Source of the DNA: Bdellovibrionota bacterium
Lineage (GTDB): Bacteria > Bdellovibrionota_C > UBA2361 > CAKMMH01
Direction: 5' to 3'
DNA length: 64,000 bases
Assembly: GCA_050952645.1 (NCBI GenBank)
Contig: JBMNLI010000017.1
Location: forward strand, 192,001-256,000
In this document: positions 18,952 through 29,579 of the stretch, piece by piece
How the letters are laid out: each line of letters begins with the position of its first letter
How positions within the stretch are numbered: the first letter of the stretch is position 1
Program-made: the position numbers and the translations under genes
Notes under the pieces: generated by a model
What the model was told of the DNA's origin: nothing
Database searches by the model: none
The model's input: the letters and a program-made list of their open reading frames with translations, nothing else

Positions 18952-20097
18952 TTACTCAAAAATACAAGGAATAATTATCCTAACCGTAGTTCCTCCTAAG
19001 TCTCTATTTTGAATTTCTAGACTACCCCCATGAGCTTTTATATACTCATCGCAAATAAACAACCCTACCCCTAAGCCTTGTTGTTCTTCTATTTCCCTAT
19101 CTATTTGTGTAAATAATTTTAAAGCACTTTGCGCTTTCTTATCATCAAAACCTATTCCTCTATCTTTAATTTCGATAACCGCATTATTTAATTCCTTAAG
19201 TAAATCTATTTCTATCTTAATTTCACCATTAGAAGAAAGCAAACTCGAAAACTTAACTGCATTTTCTAACACACGCTCTATCACATCTTTAAAATATACA
19301 TCATAAATATGCACATTTACGCCACAGCTACAATCTATTATTTCGATATCTATATTTATTTTATTTTCGAGATTATTTTTAAAATCACTTACTATATCAT
19401 TTACTAAATCTTTTAAATTATATTTTTTAGATTTTTTTTCTATCTCTTTTTTATGAATTCCTATTTCGAGTTGTTGCAAAGTTAAAAAATTAGCTATCAA
19501 TCTTTCTAATCTTTCGCTTCCTTCAACCATTGAATCTAAAAGCTTACTTATTTTTGTATCATCAAAAGAGTTTCTTCTATCTATTAAAAGCTGAGAAGTG
19601 CTTTGAATAGCGTAAAGTGGTGTTCTAAACTCGTGCGACATAGTGTGTAAAATTCTTTTCTTATTTTTCTCTAAATCTTTTTCTATCGAACATCTTAAAT
19701 CGTTTACTTTTTTTAACTTGCCTTTCGTTATTGAAATAATCTCATCTGCGTTATACGGTTTTATTATTATATCATCTACGCCTAACTCTCTTAATTTATT
19801 TAACTCATCTTTATCATCTAGAGAGGTGAGCACTACTATTTGCATATCATAGTAATCTTCAGAAGATTTAACACTCTCACAAAACTTAAAACCATCTAAA
19901 ACGGGCATTAGCAAATCGCAAAATACCAAATCAAACCTTTCCTCTTTAATAAGTTCTAAAGCCATTTGCCCATTATTTGCGCAAGTTATAGATACATCTA
20001 AAGTGCTAAGCAGTTTTTTTAAACTATCTTGAACTAAAAAATTATCATCTATTAGTAATATGGACGGTTTATTATTTAACAAAATATTTTCCCTCAA
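18952..20097 (-). CDS. Hybrid response regulator / histidine kinase (REC-HisKA-HATPase)
   Basis: LLIDD, DLLMPVLDG, MSHEFRTPL, ENAVKF, DRGIG, GLGVGL. Confidence 0.92.
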   Translation of the reverse strand: MRENILLNNKPSILLIDDNFLVQDSLKKLLSTLDVSITCANNGQMALELIKEERFDLVFCDLLMPVLDGFKFCESVKSSEDYYDMQIVVLTSLDDKDELNKLRELGVDDIIIKPYNADEIISITKGKLKKVNDLRCSIEKDLEKNKKRILHTMSHEFRTPLYAIQSTSQLLIDRRNSFDDTKISKLLDSMVEGSERLERLIANFLTLQQLEIGIHKKEIEKKSKKYNLKDLVNDIVSDFKNNLENKINIDIEIIDCSCGVNVHIYDVYFKDVIERVLENAVKFSSLLSSNGEIKIEIDLLKELNNAVIEIKDRGIGFDDKKAQSALKLFTQIDREIEEQQGLGVGLFICDEYIKAHGGSLEIQNRDLGGTTVRIIIPCIFE

Positions 20098-20186
20098 GTA
20101 TAATATAATTTAAGATATAAACTATTATATGCTTTTAAAGTCGGAAAATATAAGTAAAATCTTAAGGTGAAAGCCCCCTCACAGAA

Positions 20187-21170
20187 TTATATTGAAAAAT
20201 CCCCTATATTTCTAAATTTTAAGTACCTTTTTTTAGTTAGCTCTTCGATACTTAATTTTTCTAACTCTTTTAAATTCCTAAATAATGATGATTTTAACAC
20301 TTCTGCCATTTCTTTATAATTTCTATGTGCACCCCCTAGAGGCTCTTCGACTATCTCATCTATAATGCCAAATTTCTTTAAATCCTGTGAAGTAAGTTTT
20401 AGAAGCTCTGCCGATTGCTTAATCCTATCTAAAGAAACCTCCTCTCCATCTTTTCCCCATAAAATCGAGGCGCATCCTTCAGGAGATATAACTGAATAAC
20501 AAGCATTTTGAAGCATAAGCACTCTATCTGCAACGCCTAGAGCTAAAGCACCACCACTTCCCCCTTCTCCTATTACTACCGAGATTATTCGAGTTTTTAA
20601 TGTAGACAAAATCTCTAAATTTTTAGCGATAGCTTGCGCCTGTCCCCTTTCCTCTGCCTCTATCCCTGGATAGGCTCCCGCAGTATCGATAAAATTTATA
20701 ACCGGCAAGCCAAACTTTTCTGCCATAAAAAACAATCTCTGAGATTTTCTATACCCATCGGGTTCAGCCATTCCAAAATTACGCTTTAATCTTTCTTGCA
20801 TGTCTTTTCCACGTTGATGCCCTATAACTATAACGCTTTTACCAGATAATTTTGCTAACCCTCCTACGATAGCAGGATCATCTCTAAAGCACCTATCTCC
20901 ATGAAGCTCTACAAAATCTGTAAATATAAGGTCTATATAATCTAGCGTTAACGGTCTATTTTGATGGCGTGATATTTGAACTTTTTGATATACAGAAAGC
21001 CCTTTATAAGTTTCTTTTCTTAATTTCGATACTTTCTCTTCTAACTCTGCATAATCTTTTCTTACCTCTTCATCCCCAGCATTTAAACGTTCCCCGAGTT
21101 CTGCTAGCCTAACTTCTTGCATTATTAGTTCCTTTTCAAAATCTAGTGGGTTTTTTATTACATTATTCAT
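20187..21170 (-). CDS. accA: Acetyl-CoA carboxylase carboxyltransferase alpha subunit
   Basis: ELHGDR, RNFGM, IDTAGAYPG, IGEGGSGGALA, YSVISPEGCASILW. Confidence 0.97.
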   Translation of the reverse strand: MNNVIKNPLDFEKELIMQEVRLAELGERLNAGDEEVRKDYAELEEKVSKLRKETYKGLSVYQKVQISRHQNRPLTLDYIDLIFTDFVELHGDRCFRDDPAIVGGLAKLSGKSVIVIGHQRGKDMQERLKRNFGMAEPDGYRKSQRLFFMAEKFGLPVINFIDTAGAYPGIEAEERGQAQAIAKNLEILSTLKTRIISVVIGEGGSGGALALGVADRVLMLQNACYSVISPEGCASILWGKDGEEVSLDRIKQSAELLKLTSQDLKKFGIIDEIVEEPLGGAHRNYKEMAEVLKSSLFRNLKELEKLSIEELTKKRYLKFRNIGDFSI

Positions 21171-21236
21171 TTTATTTTCAAACTCCTCTTAAAAGTCTTC
21201 ATTTCTAAAATTTTTAAGCGATGCTAAAAGCCTTTT

Positions 21237-22289
21237 TTACAACAAACACTTAGGCGATATATAAGAAAGCCTAACTCCTTTAATGCCATTTTTCATATTT
21301 GTTTTTATATCATCTACTAGTTCATTGAAAGTATAATTATATACTAGAAAATCTTTCAACGTTCCTTTTCCTACGATAGTAGAATTATCACTTAAAATCA
21401 TACTAGCTTTATTATCTTCGTATTTTGGGAAAATATCCCAACCTCTTTTTTCAGGCTCATTTCTAAAATACGTCATTTGCCTTTTAGCTAAGTTCCTAGT
21501 TCGTTTAGCTATATCTTCAATCATACCATCTTTAGAAATTTTTTGCTCTATATATTGCACAGCTTGCTTATACCCTATACTTAAAAATGGAGCTAAGTTT
21601 TTATCGTATTTTTCTAGTAGTTTTTTAGTTTCTTCTATAAGCCCTAAATCGATTAGCTTTCTAGTTCTTTCGTTAATATTATTATAAAGCTCCTCTCTTT
21701 TTTGACATATTACGTATGCTAGACAATCGTATTTTTTCTCTAAAAAACTATGTTCTTTTTGCACATCTTTTATGCTTTTATTTGATAAAATCTTAACCTC
21801 TAATGCACGAATTATTCTAGTTCTATCATTTGCACTTAAACTTTTAGAAGCCTTACCATCTAACCTTTTCAGTAGTGCATAAAGAGCGCTCGTTTCTTTT
21901 TTTTCTAATCTTTCTCTTAAATTTTTATCGCTACTTTTAAGCGTTGCTAAACCGTGAATTAGCGGCGTTATGTACATAGTAGTTCCACCTACTATTATTA
22001 CATTTTTATCTTTATCATAAATATTAGAAATAGCCTTGCGAGCAAGTTTTAAGTATTTTGCTACATCGAAATGAGAATTAGGCTCTAATACATCTAGCAA
22101 GTAGTGTTCTATTCCTTGCATTTCTTCTTTAGTAATTTTAGCACTTCCTATATTAAAGCCTTTATATACTTGCACGGAATCGATACTTACTATTTCCGCA
22201 CTTATAGCTTTCGCTAACTTTACCGCTAAGGAGCTTTTGCCACTACACGTAGCACCAGTTATTAAAATTAAAGGTTTATGATTTAACAC
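21237..22289 (-). CDS. miaA: tRNA dimethylallyltransferase
   Basis: GATCSGKS, DSVQVYKGFNIGSAK, VGGTTMY, LAKRQMTYF. Confidence 0.95.
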   Translation of the reverse strand: MLNHKPLILITGATCSGKSSLAVKLAKAISAEIVSIDSVQVYKGFNIGSAKITKEEMQGIEHYLLDVLEPNSHFDVAKYLKLARKAISNIYDKDKNVIIVGGTTMYITPLIHGLATLKSSDKNLRERLEKKETSALYALLKRLDGKASKSLSANDRTRIIRALEVKILSNKSIKDVQKEHSFLEKKYDCLAYVICQKREELYNNINERTRKLIDLGLIEETKKLLEKYDKNLAPFLSIGYKQAVQYIEQKISKDGMIEDIAKRTRNLAKRQMTYFRNEPEKRGWDIFPKYEDNKASMILSDNSTIVGKGTLKDFLVYNYTFNELVDDIKTNMKNGIKGVRLSYISPKCLL

Positions 22290-22333
22290 TTTGCCTTAAA
22301 ATATTTATATATTATTTATATATTTATGATTTT

Positions 22334-22936
22334 TTATTTATCTTTTATAAAAACTAGGTCTTCGCCGTCCTTTTCTTTAAAAATCATTTTTACTTTTTTA
22401 TTTCGTGGAATTATTATCTGTTTTCCATAATAATCTGGTCTTATCGGATATTCCCCACAATTCCTATCTACTACTACCGCTAATTTCACGATTTTAGGTC
22501 TTCCAAAATCGATAAGGGCATCTAGAGCCGCTCTTATAGTTCTTCCCGTAAAAAACACATCATCGAGCAATACTATTTTTTTACCTAAAACATTAAAATC
22601 TATTTCCGTTCCGTTTAGTATAGGGTCAGTTACTACATTTATTAAATCATCTCTATAAAGAGCGATATCGATAAAGCCCATTTCTAAATCTACGCTAGTT
22701 ATATCTTTTATCAACGCTTGCAAACGTCTAGCTACAAACTCTCCTCCGCTTTTTATACCAACTAACGCAACGCTATTATCTAAAGGATAATTATCTTCTA
22801 TTATCTGGTATGCTATTCTCGTTAGGGAAAGAGAGATCTCCGTTTTATTCATTACTTTTGCTATATTATTCTCTACCGTATTGCCTACATTATTACCTAC
22901 ATTATTACCTACATTATTTGAATTTATTTTTTCCAT
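22334..22936 (-). CDS. pyrR: Pyrimidine operon regulator / uracil phosphoribosyltransferase
   Basis: RIAYQIIE, DIALYRDD, DDVFFTGRTIRAALDA, PIRPDYYG. Confidence 0.93.
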   Translation of the reverse strand: MEKINSNNVGNNVGNNVGNTVENNIAKVMNKTEISLSLTRIAYQIIEDNYPLDNSVALVGIKSGGEFVARRLQALIKDITSVDLEMGFIDIALYRDDLINVVTDPILNGTEIDFNVLGKKIVLLDDVFFTGRTIRAALDALIDFGRPKIVKLAVVVDRNCGEYPIRPDYYGKQIIIPRNKKVKMIFKEKDGEDLVFIKDK

Positions 22937-22984
22937 TTTAAATCCTTTTTTATCATTTTAATTTTAAATTTTTTATTAGCGATT

Positions 22985-23356
22985 TTAAATCTTATTTTTA
23001 ACTTCTGCTAAAAAATTAAAAATATATAAATCATAATCTTTTTTACCAATAGTAATATAAAAAACCTCGTTATATTCTAAAGAAATTTTTATTTCATTTC
23101 TAGTCCTAGTTATAATAATATCGTCTTTTCTAGCTGGAATTTTAAGATATTTGATTTGAGCGTATAATTTTTCTTTTATTTCTATATCAGTTTTCTCATT
23201 AGTTAAATTACTGAGTTTAAACATTTGATTTTTTATTTCAAAATAGTAATAATAAAAGGGGATTACATTATAAAGCACAAAAACTATAATTAATGCTAAA
23301 CAAGAAAGCATTATATTTTTAAGTCTTGTGTATACTTTATCATTACTATAAGACAT
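22985..23356 (-). CDS. Hypothetical single-TM protein
   Basis: 123 aa ORF, N-terminal TM helix, co-oriented with pyrR. Confidence 0.65.
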   Translation of the reverse strand: MSYSNDKVYTRLKNIMLSCLALIIVFVLYNVIPFYYYYFEIKNQMFKLSNLTNEKTDIEIKEKLYAQIKYLKIPARKDDIIITRTRNEIKISLEYNEVFYITIGKKDYDLYIFNFLAEVKNKI

Positions 23357-23375
23357 TTTTTTATATTAACAAAAA

Positions 23376-23756
23376 ATGATATTACGAGAAAGACACAAAA
23401 TACAGTATTTACTATCTACTGCCATGATATTCTTAGTTCTTGGTCTAGGGAATGTGATTTATGGTCGTGTAAAATACAAAGAATATAAAAGAATTTATGA
23501 GAAAGTGATACTAGAGATCGATGAGAATTCCCCTTACGATAATTTAGAGATCAAAGGTAGCGATTTACCAAATATTTCTTTGATGCAAAACGGCAATTTA
23601 ACTGAAAAAACTCGCCATTTAAAAAGAAGTCATGGGAGAATTATATTCTACCAATTTTTCGTAAAAGGCGGAAAGATTTTTTTAGGAATTAGTTTAATTT
23701 TCTTCTTAATAGCTTTTGCCCTTTTTATTAACAAGAAAGATAAAAAAGAATTATAA
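23376..23756 (+). CDS. Hypothetical two-TM membrane protein
   Basis: 126 aa ORF with hydrophobic termini. Confidence 0.65.
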   Translation: MILRERHKIQYLLSTAMIFLVLGLGNVIYGRVKYKEYKRIYEKVILEIDENSPYDNLEIKGSDLPNISLMQNGNLTEKTRHLKRSHGRIIFYQFFVKGGKIFLGISLIFFLIAFALFINKKDKKEL

Positions 23757-23800
23757 AAATTCATTAAAGTTTTTTATAGGAAAGTTCCGATTAGATAATT

Positions 23801-24676
23801 GTGAAGCAAGATCTTGAGAATGATAACACACTAAATAATACATTAAGCATGGAAGAGGCTAATGCGCTCGTAGTAGAGAACCAAGCTTGGGCCGAGTCTA
23901 TCGCTAAATCTGTGGCTCGTGCTTGGAATTTAGACTGGAAAATCGATGGCCTAGACGGTGCTGCTCTAGAGGCTTTAATTTTTTGCTCAAGACGTTTCGA
24001 CCCGACTTTAGAGGTTCCATTTAAAGCGTATGCAAGAAAAAGAATTCATGAAGCTTCGCAGGAAGCTGCGAGAAAATCTAAAGGCTGGGCGATCTCTAGG
24101 AAAAAAGACCCAGAAGCACATAAAGCAAAAGAGGTTTCACAAGAATTATTAAAAAGATATCCAGAGTTAATGGAAGGACAGCTCGTTATTTATGAAGATG
24201 GCGAGGAAGTGGCGAAAGCTAAAAAAGTAAAAAGTCTAGAAGCTCAAAATGAGGTTAAAGAAAAAGCTACGAGACTAGTTTTAAGAGAAATGTTATTAGG
24301 TGCAGATATTATAGCGACTAGGCAAGAGCTATTACAAGAATATGTAGATCCTGATGAATTATTAGAAGCAAAAAGGATTATATGCACGATAGCTCTTTTG
24401 GAAATAATTCATCAACAACTTATATGGGCAGTTTATTGGGAAGATTTATCTCTTAGAAGCCTTGCGCAAGAATGGAAGACCGATGAGTTAAATGTTATAA
24501 GGGAGCACCGAGTCCTTTTAGATTGGTTTTCTAAAAATCCTAGTGAGCTTAAAAAAGCACTAATTCCGAAAGTGCGTCCAGGGTTGCGAGCGATAGCCCT
24601 TCAAATGAAAAAAAACAATGTAGTAGGTAAATTTACAGAGCTTATTAAAAAGATAGAGGAAGAGTATGGGAAATGA
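23801..24676 (+). CDS. Divergent sigma-70 family (FliA/WhiG-like) factor
   Basis: AALEALIFCSRRFDPTLEVPFKAYARKRIH (region 2); YWEDLSLRSLAQEW (region 4-like). Confidence 0.72.
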   Translation: MKQDLENDNTLNNTLSMEEANALVVENQAWAESIAKSVARAWNLDWKIDGLDGAALEALIFCSRRFDPTLEVPFKAYARKRIHEASQEAARKSKGWAISRKKDPEAHKAKEVSQELLKRYPELMEGQLVIYEDGEEVAKAKKVKSLEAQNEVKEKATRLVLREMLLGADIIATRQELLQEYVDPDELLEAKRIICTIALLEIIHQQLIWAVYWEDLSLRSLAQEWKTDELNVIREHRVLLDWFSKNPSELKKALIPKVRPGLRAIALQMKKNNVVGKFTELIKKIEEEYGK

Positions 24677-25013
24677 TATTAAAAATAAAAAAATAGGTGG
24701 GATAGGCAAAACTTCTAAAGCTAATGAGATAAAGAGCACGAGTGAGGTTTCTTCGGTAGATAATGTAGAAAATATTGATGGAGTTAATAGTGTTAGTGGC
24801 GTTCATAGAGTTTCAAACGTATCGGGTATAAATAGCGTTGGTGGTATAAGGGCCAATAAAACTACTAGGATTATAACGCTTGAAGAAAGAGAAGCGATTT
24901 TTAATATGATTAACGAAGAAGCGGACAGCCTCTTTGGCAAAGATTCAAAACGTGGAAAGGTAGCTAGCGATGCAGTAAAAATGGCTATCGATGCAGCGAT
25001 AGTAAAAGATTAG
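24666..25013 (+). CDS. Hypothetical protein overlapping the end of the sigma factor gene
   Basis: 115 aa, low-complexity N-terminus and helical-looking C-terminus. Confidence 0.7.
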   Translation: MGNDIKNKKIGGIGKTSKANEIKSTSEVSSVDNVENIDGVNSVSGVHRVSNVSGINSVGGIRANKTTRIITLEEREAIFNMINEEADSLFGKDSKRGKVASDAVKMAIDAAIVKD

Positions 25014-25090
25014 CTCAATTTAGAAGACTCTTCTTGCATATATTAAGTGGGTAAATTGTAATACTTAACGCTACACATTTTTAAAAAAAC

Positions 25091-25119
25091 TTGACTAACA
25101 CTTAATAAGTATCTATGCT
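25091..25119 (+). promoter_or_regulatory. Sigma70 promoter
   Basis: TTGACT(25091-25096)-17 bp-TATGCT(25114-25119). Confidence 0.6.
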
Positions 25120-25153
25120 AAATACTGGTTGTTTTTAGGTTTTTATAAGATGC

Positions 25154-25834
25154 GTGTCTTATCTTAAAAACACAGTAGACATACATGAGGTTAAAATCAT
25201 GGGCATTAATCTTCTAGGTAGATTTGGTAAAATTAGTCGAGATCAAAAATTATTATTCGGTTTCGTTGGATATCATAGGGGGACAATCTATTTAAAGCCA
25301 AAAGACCAAGACTTTGAAAAAGAAGAAGAATTGATAAACGAGGCTATAGCTTATGCAACCCTACAAGATAGAAAAGTTTTATTTACACTATACGATCCTG
25401 AAGAACGTAGATATAAACTTTACATTATTACTAAGGAAAGTACTCTTGAAGCGGTTCGAAACATGCCTAAACCATCCCCAGTAGACTTCTCCTTGATCTT
25501 AGGCTGTTCGCCTAAGCTTAAAAATTTTGAAGATTATGGGGAATATGTACTTTGTGATACAGTTCCGTATAGTCGTCTTATTGGTGATGTAATAAAAACT
25601 GCAGTAAAAGTAGCAAGAGCAATGGAAAAATGTGTTGTTTTTGAATTCCGTTGGTTTTGTATTGTGTTTCACTGTATGATTACGCCTGATAGCACCGAAC
25701 AAGAGAGCATGGATCTTTGCACAACCATTATCGAAGGTGATAGATTCCCCTATTGGAAAGGGGATTTTGAGGATGAAATGAGATGTGAGGAATCACAAAA
25801 AATTCATAACTTTTTTATAGAGTCTTTAGAATAG
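25154..25834 (+). CDS. Hypothetical protein with apparent internal duplication
   Basis: 226 aa ORF with its own promoter; start may be the ATG at 25199. Confidence 0.65.
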   Translation: MSYLKNTVDIHEVKIMGINLLGRFGKISRDQKLLFGFVGYHRGTIYLKPKDQDFEKEEELINEAIAYATLQDRKVLFTLYDPEERRYKLYIITKESTLEAVRNMPKPSPVDFSLILGCSPKLKNFEDYGEYVLCDTVPYSRLIGDVIKTAVKVARAMEKCVVFEFRWFCIVFHCMITPDSTEQESMDLCTTIIEGDRFPYWKGDFEDEMRCEESQKIHNFFIESLE

Positions 25835-25975
25835 CTCTAATGAGGGATTAGTAGCTAGAGCCTCCGCTCGACAGCCACCACTTATAGCGAATGCCTTTGC
25901 ACTTGGGCATAAGGATTTTTCAAAAATATTTCCTTTTATAATCCTTTTACAATCCGATTTAAGATCACTTTTTAG

Positions 25976-26200
25976 CTAAAATCCAACAAAACCTTTTACC
26001 TCTAATTTTAAATCTTCAGTTTCATCGTCGAAAAGAATTTTTGCTTTGTTATTATTTAAAAGAGCTTTTACTTTAGATATTTCCTTATCCATATCTAAGT
26101 CTAAACTTAAATTCATAGTTTGCTCAAATATAAATTCTTTTATTATACCTGTAAGCGCCTCATCGGATAATTTTTTATAATCTATATTTATAATCGTCAT
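25976..26200 (-). CDS. YheU-like small protein
   Basis: IDYKKLSDEALTGIIKEFI...VKALL...ILFD pattern. Confidence 0.65.
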   Translation of the reverse strand: MTIINIDYKKLSDEALTGIIKEFIFEQTMNLSLDLDMDKEISKVKALLNNNKAKILFDDETEDLKLEVKGFVGF

Positions 26201-29200
26201 AACTTATATACTTTGCCTGCCATAACAAACATTAGCACAGTATCTACATTAGCCACTTCACCATACTGCTTAACTAACGCATTTTTATATATCTCTATTT
26301 GTGGCTTATAAAAAGATAGCTTGCTTCCTACGTTTTCACTACTTACACTATCAGTCTTAAAATCTATTATCTCTATATTAGAAATTTTACCTTTTTTATA
26401 ACCTAAAACCACCCTATCTATAAAACCCTTATAAATAACATCATTTTGCTTAAACATGATCGGCTCTTCTACTAGCACCTCTATATCATCTATTTCCCAC
26501 GTATCAAAATAATACGCCTTGCTAAGCCTTTCTCTTATTTTAGGAAAAGTTAAACTATTTTTAAACTTTTCAAACATCTCGCTTAACTCACTTTCACTAA
26601 AATCATTCTGAGCATCTCTTATAATAAAATTTTTAGCCTCTACATCAACTTCATCTAACCAAGAAATATTCTCAAAAAATTTATGGTATACACTTCCCCT
26701 TTTTAAAGTCTGCTCTAAATTTATATTTAAAATATCTTTTACTAAATACTCCCCATCTCCCTCTTCGTTTGACGGACTTTTAACGCTTAAATTTTTTTCC
26801 TTTTCTTTCTTCTTAAACGATGTAAAAAGTATTTCTTTATCTTTATTCTTATCTTTATTCTTATCTTTACATTTTTTAGCTTCAGATTTTTTTTCTTCTT
26901 TTACCTTGTAAAAATCATCATCGCCTATTTTAAAAACCTCTTCGTTAGATATTTTACTTCCTAAGATTTGTAAAATAAAAGAAGCCATACTATAATAATT
27001 TTTCTTAGTTAATTTATTTTTATAATCCTTAGAAATAAAAATACTAAGAGATTGCTTTGCCCTAGTTAGTGCTACATACAAAAGACAAAAAGTTTCTTCT
27101 AATTTTATTTTTTTCTCTTGCAATGCCATTTCAGAATAAACCTCGTGCTCTTTTTCAAGAACTCTACTTACACTAGCTTTAGCCCCGAGGAGAACTCTTT
27201 TAGGCTTTTTCGTTCTATCTTCATAGTAGTGTAATATTTTATCTTGATGCTTAAATATATCATCTTCTATATTAGGAAGCACCACGGCGTCAAACTCTAG
27301 CCCCTTTGCCGCATGCATAGTCATCACTCTAACATTAGAAGAAGTTATATTTACCATAGTTTGCAAAGATACGTAATTTAAAAACTCATCTATATTTTTC
27401 TTTCCTTCTTGGTCATATAAAATACATATATCGATAAGTTGCTCTACTACTAATTTTTCTAAGCTAGATAATTTATCTTTTATATCTTTATATAAAAATG
27501 ATACTACCCCTTTAAAACCATCATCTATAAAAATTCTTTTTAATAATTGAAGCGTCTTATCTCGAACCTCATCACCAAAAAGCTCCTTTGATACGCTTTT
27601 TATCTTAAACAGGCACATCGTATCTCTTCGGTGCTCCATATATTTTAAAACGGAAAGAATAAAAATTACGCTTTTAAAATCTACTAAGCGAACCTTTCCC
27701 TCTTGACTAGCTTTAATATTGTAAGGTGGTTCATTTAAAGCAAAAATTATCTCTCCTACTAGGTTATTACTTCTACATAAAACGCCTATGGAAATTTGAG
27801 GATATTTATCTACTAACTCCTTTACTCTTTTACAAGTGCTTATTACATGAATATTATCCTCCCTATCTTCCTTATCCTCCTTAACATTCTCGTTTGTATC
27901 TTCTTTATTCTCTTCTTCTTTTTCTTTCGATATAATTTGAACTAAAACATTCCCCCTTAACTCTTTGTTATGAGCTAAATGCTCAGAAAAATTTTCATCC
28001 CATTTTTCTATTACATCTTTAAAGCATTCTTCAACATCGATGCTTTTAAAATTTTTACAAATTAAGTTTACAAAATCTATAATTACAGGGGATGAACGAT
28101 AACTTTTTGCTAACACCTCTTTTTTAACTTGAGGCCAATTATCTTTAATAGTTTTAAATATATCTGCTACCCCTCCACGCCAAGCATATATCGCCTGTTT
28201 TGGGTCTCCTACACAAAAGAAAGTCCTTTCTATGCTAGATAAAATTTCATCGACCATAGGCTTAATAATAACCCACTCTTCTCTTGAAGTATCCTGAAAC
28301 TCATCTAGTAAAATATGCCTTAAACGAGTATCTAACCTGTAATAGATTTCATTTAAATTATCTAACGAAGCGATTTTAGAAAGCGTCCATTTTAATTCTG
28401 AAAAATCTAACGCCCCGATTTTATCTCTAGTTTCTTCATAAATTTTTGAAAATTTTTTTATTAAACCATAAATAAGGTTAGTTTTATTATTTAGTTTTTC
28501 AATATTGTAAGCACAAAAAAGTTTGATAACTTTTTGTGCTATAAACTTTATATCGATAGGTATTTCTATTCGATCAAAAGTAGAAACGCCATTTATTATA
28601 TTTTGAAACAACTGAGAGGTAAGAAGATTATCAAAATTTCCATTCTCTAAATCGCTTAATAGTTGAGTTTTTACTTTTAAGTAATTTGCTTTCTCACTTC
28701 CATTTTTATTTTTAGGAACTTTAGTATTACTAATATCATTTATAAGAGAAGCGATATAATCTTTACTTAAAAGCTCTTTATCATAACTTAAACTACCCCA
28801 TGCTTCTTTTGTAGTGTTTTTAAATTCACTATAAAAACTATTAAAATGCTCAAATAAACTATCACTAACGCTTTTTATCTCATTTTTATTACTTATATCG
28901 TTTAGAAAATCATATATTTTTTTAGGTTCTTCTTCCTTAAAAAGCTTTATCATAGCCTCTGCTAAGATTCCATTTTTTACATCTTCCGATGATATATCTA
29001 TTTTCGATATAAACCCGAGTTCAGTAGAAAAGATGGTCGCAATTTTTGCGAAAAAGCTATCCATCGTAGATATCATTATTTTATGTTGAAACTTTATAAG
29101 ATTATTTAACGCTACTTTAGGAGAAAGCTTTATATTTTCCGAATTTATTTGTAAGAGTAATTCCTTTTCTTCCTCTTTATCTAAAACTGCCATTGCAAGT

Positions 29201-29379
29201 CTCTCTATTACTCTTGAAAGGATTTCGCTTGCTGCTTTTTTTGTAAAGGTAGTCGCTAGAATATTTTCTACGCTTTCACCTTCAAGGAGAAGTTTTATAT
29301 ATTCTAAAGTTAATGAAAAAGTTTTTCCTGAACCTGCGTTTGCTTCAATAAGTTTTGCCGTTGCTAAATTATTTACCAT
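26197..29379 (-). CDS. UvrD-family helicase/nuclease (AddA/RecB-like)
   Basis: ANAGSGKT, TFTKKAA, LDEFQDT, VGDPKQAIYAWRG, MHAAKGLEF, LYVALTRAK; C-terminal GFIDR...IIDFKT nuclease. Confidence 0.92.
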   Translation of the reverse strand: MVNNLATAKLIEANAGSGKTFSLTLEYIKLLLEGESVENILATTFTKKAASEILSRVIERLAMAVLDKEEEKELLLQINSENIKLSPKVALNNLIKFQHKIMISTMDSFFAKIATIFSTELGFISKIDISSEDVKNGILAEAMIKLFKEEEPKKIYDFLNDISNKNEIKSVSDSLFEHFNSFYSEFKNTTKEAWGSLSYDKELLSKDYIASLINDISNTKVPKNKNGSEKANYLKVKTQLLSDLENGNFDNLLTSQLFQNIINGVSTFDRIEIPIDIKFIAQKVIKLFCAYNIEKLNNKTNLIYGLIKKFSKIYEETRDKIGALDFSELKWTLSKIASLDNLNEIYYRLDTRLRHILLDEFQDTSREEWVIIKPMVDEILSSIERTFFCVGDPKQAIYAWRGGVADIFKTIKDNWPQVKKEVLAKSYRSSPVIIDFVNLICKNFKSIDVEECFKDVIEKWDENFSEHLAHNKELRGNVLVQIISKEKEEENKEDTNENVKEDKEDREDNIHVISTCKRVKELVDKYPQISIGVLCRSNNLVGEIIFALNEPPYNIKASQEGKVRLVDFKSVIFILSVLKYMEHRRDTMCLFKIKSVSKELFGDEVRDKTLQLLKRIFIDDGFKGVVSFLYKDIKDKLSSLEKLVVEQLIDICILYDQEGKKNIDEFLNYVSLQTMVNITSSNVRVMTMHAAKGLEFDAVVLPNIEDDIFKHQDKILHYYEDRTKKPKRVLLGAKASVSRVLEKEHEVYSEMALQEKKIKLEETFCLLYVALTRAKQSLSIFISKDYKNKLTKKNYYSMASFILQILGSKISNEEVFKIGDDDFYKVKEEKKSEAKKCKDKNKDKNKDKEILFTSFKKKEKEKNLSVKSPSNEEGDGEYLVKDILNINLEQTLKRGSVYHKFFENISWLDEVDVEAKNFIIRDAQNDFSESELSEMFEKFKNSLTFPKIRERLSKAYYFDTWEIDDIEVLVEEPIMFKQNDVIYKGFIDRVVLGYKKGKISNIEIIDFKTDSVSSENVGSKLSFYKPQIEIYKNALVKQYGEVANVDTVLMFVMAGKVYKL

Positions 29380-29420
29380 AGCTTCTAGTTTATATTTTAT
29401 CTTTACTTTTAACTAGATAT

Positions 29421-29460
29421 AAAAAAGGCTCTTTTGAAAAAACCTTACAAAAGAGCCTTT
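29421..29460 (-). terminator. Intrinsic terminator after pyk
   Basis: AAAGGCTCTTTTG/CAAAAGAGCCTTT inverted repeat, with a T-run on the minus strand. Confidence 0.7.
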
Positions 29461-29579
29461 GTATATTTTTTATTTAGTAAATTTTTATTTGCAAAATAAT
29501 TTACCAAATACTTAACTAAATACTTTATTAAATACTTTACTAAATACTTTGCTAAATAAAATTATAGCTAATTTTAAAA

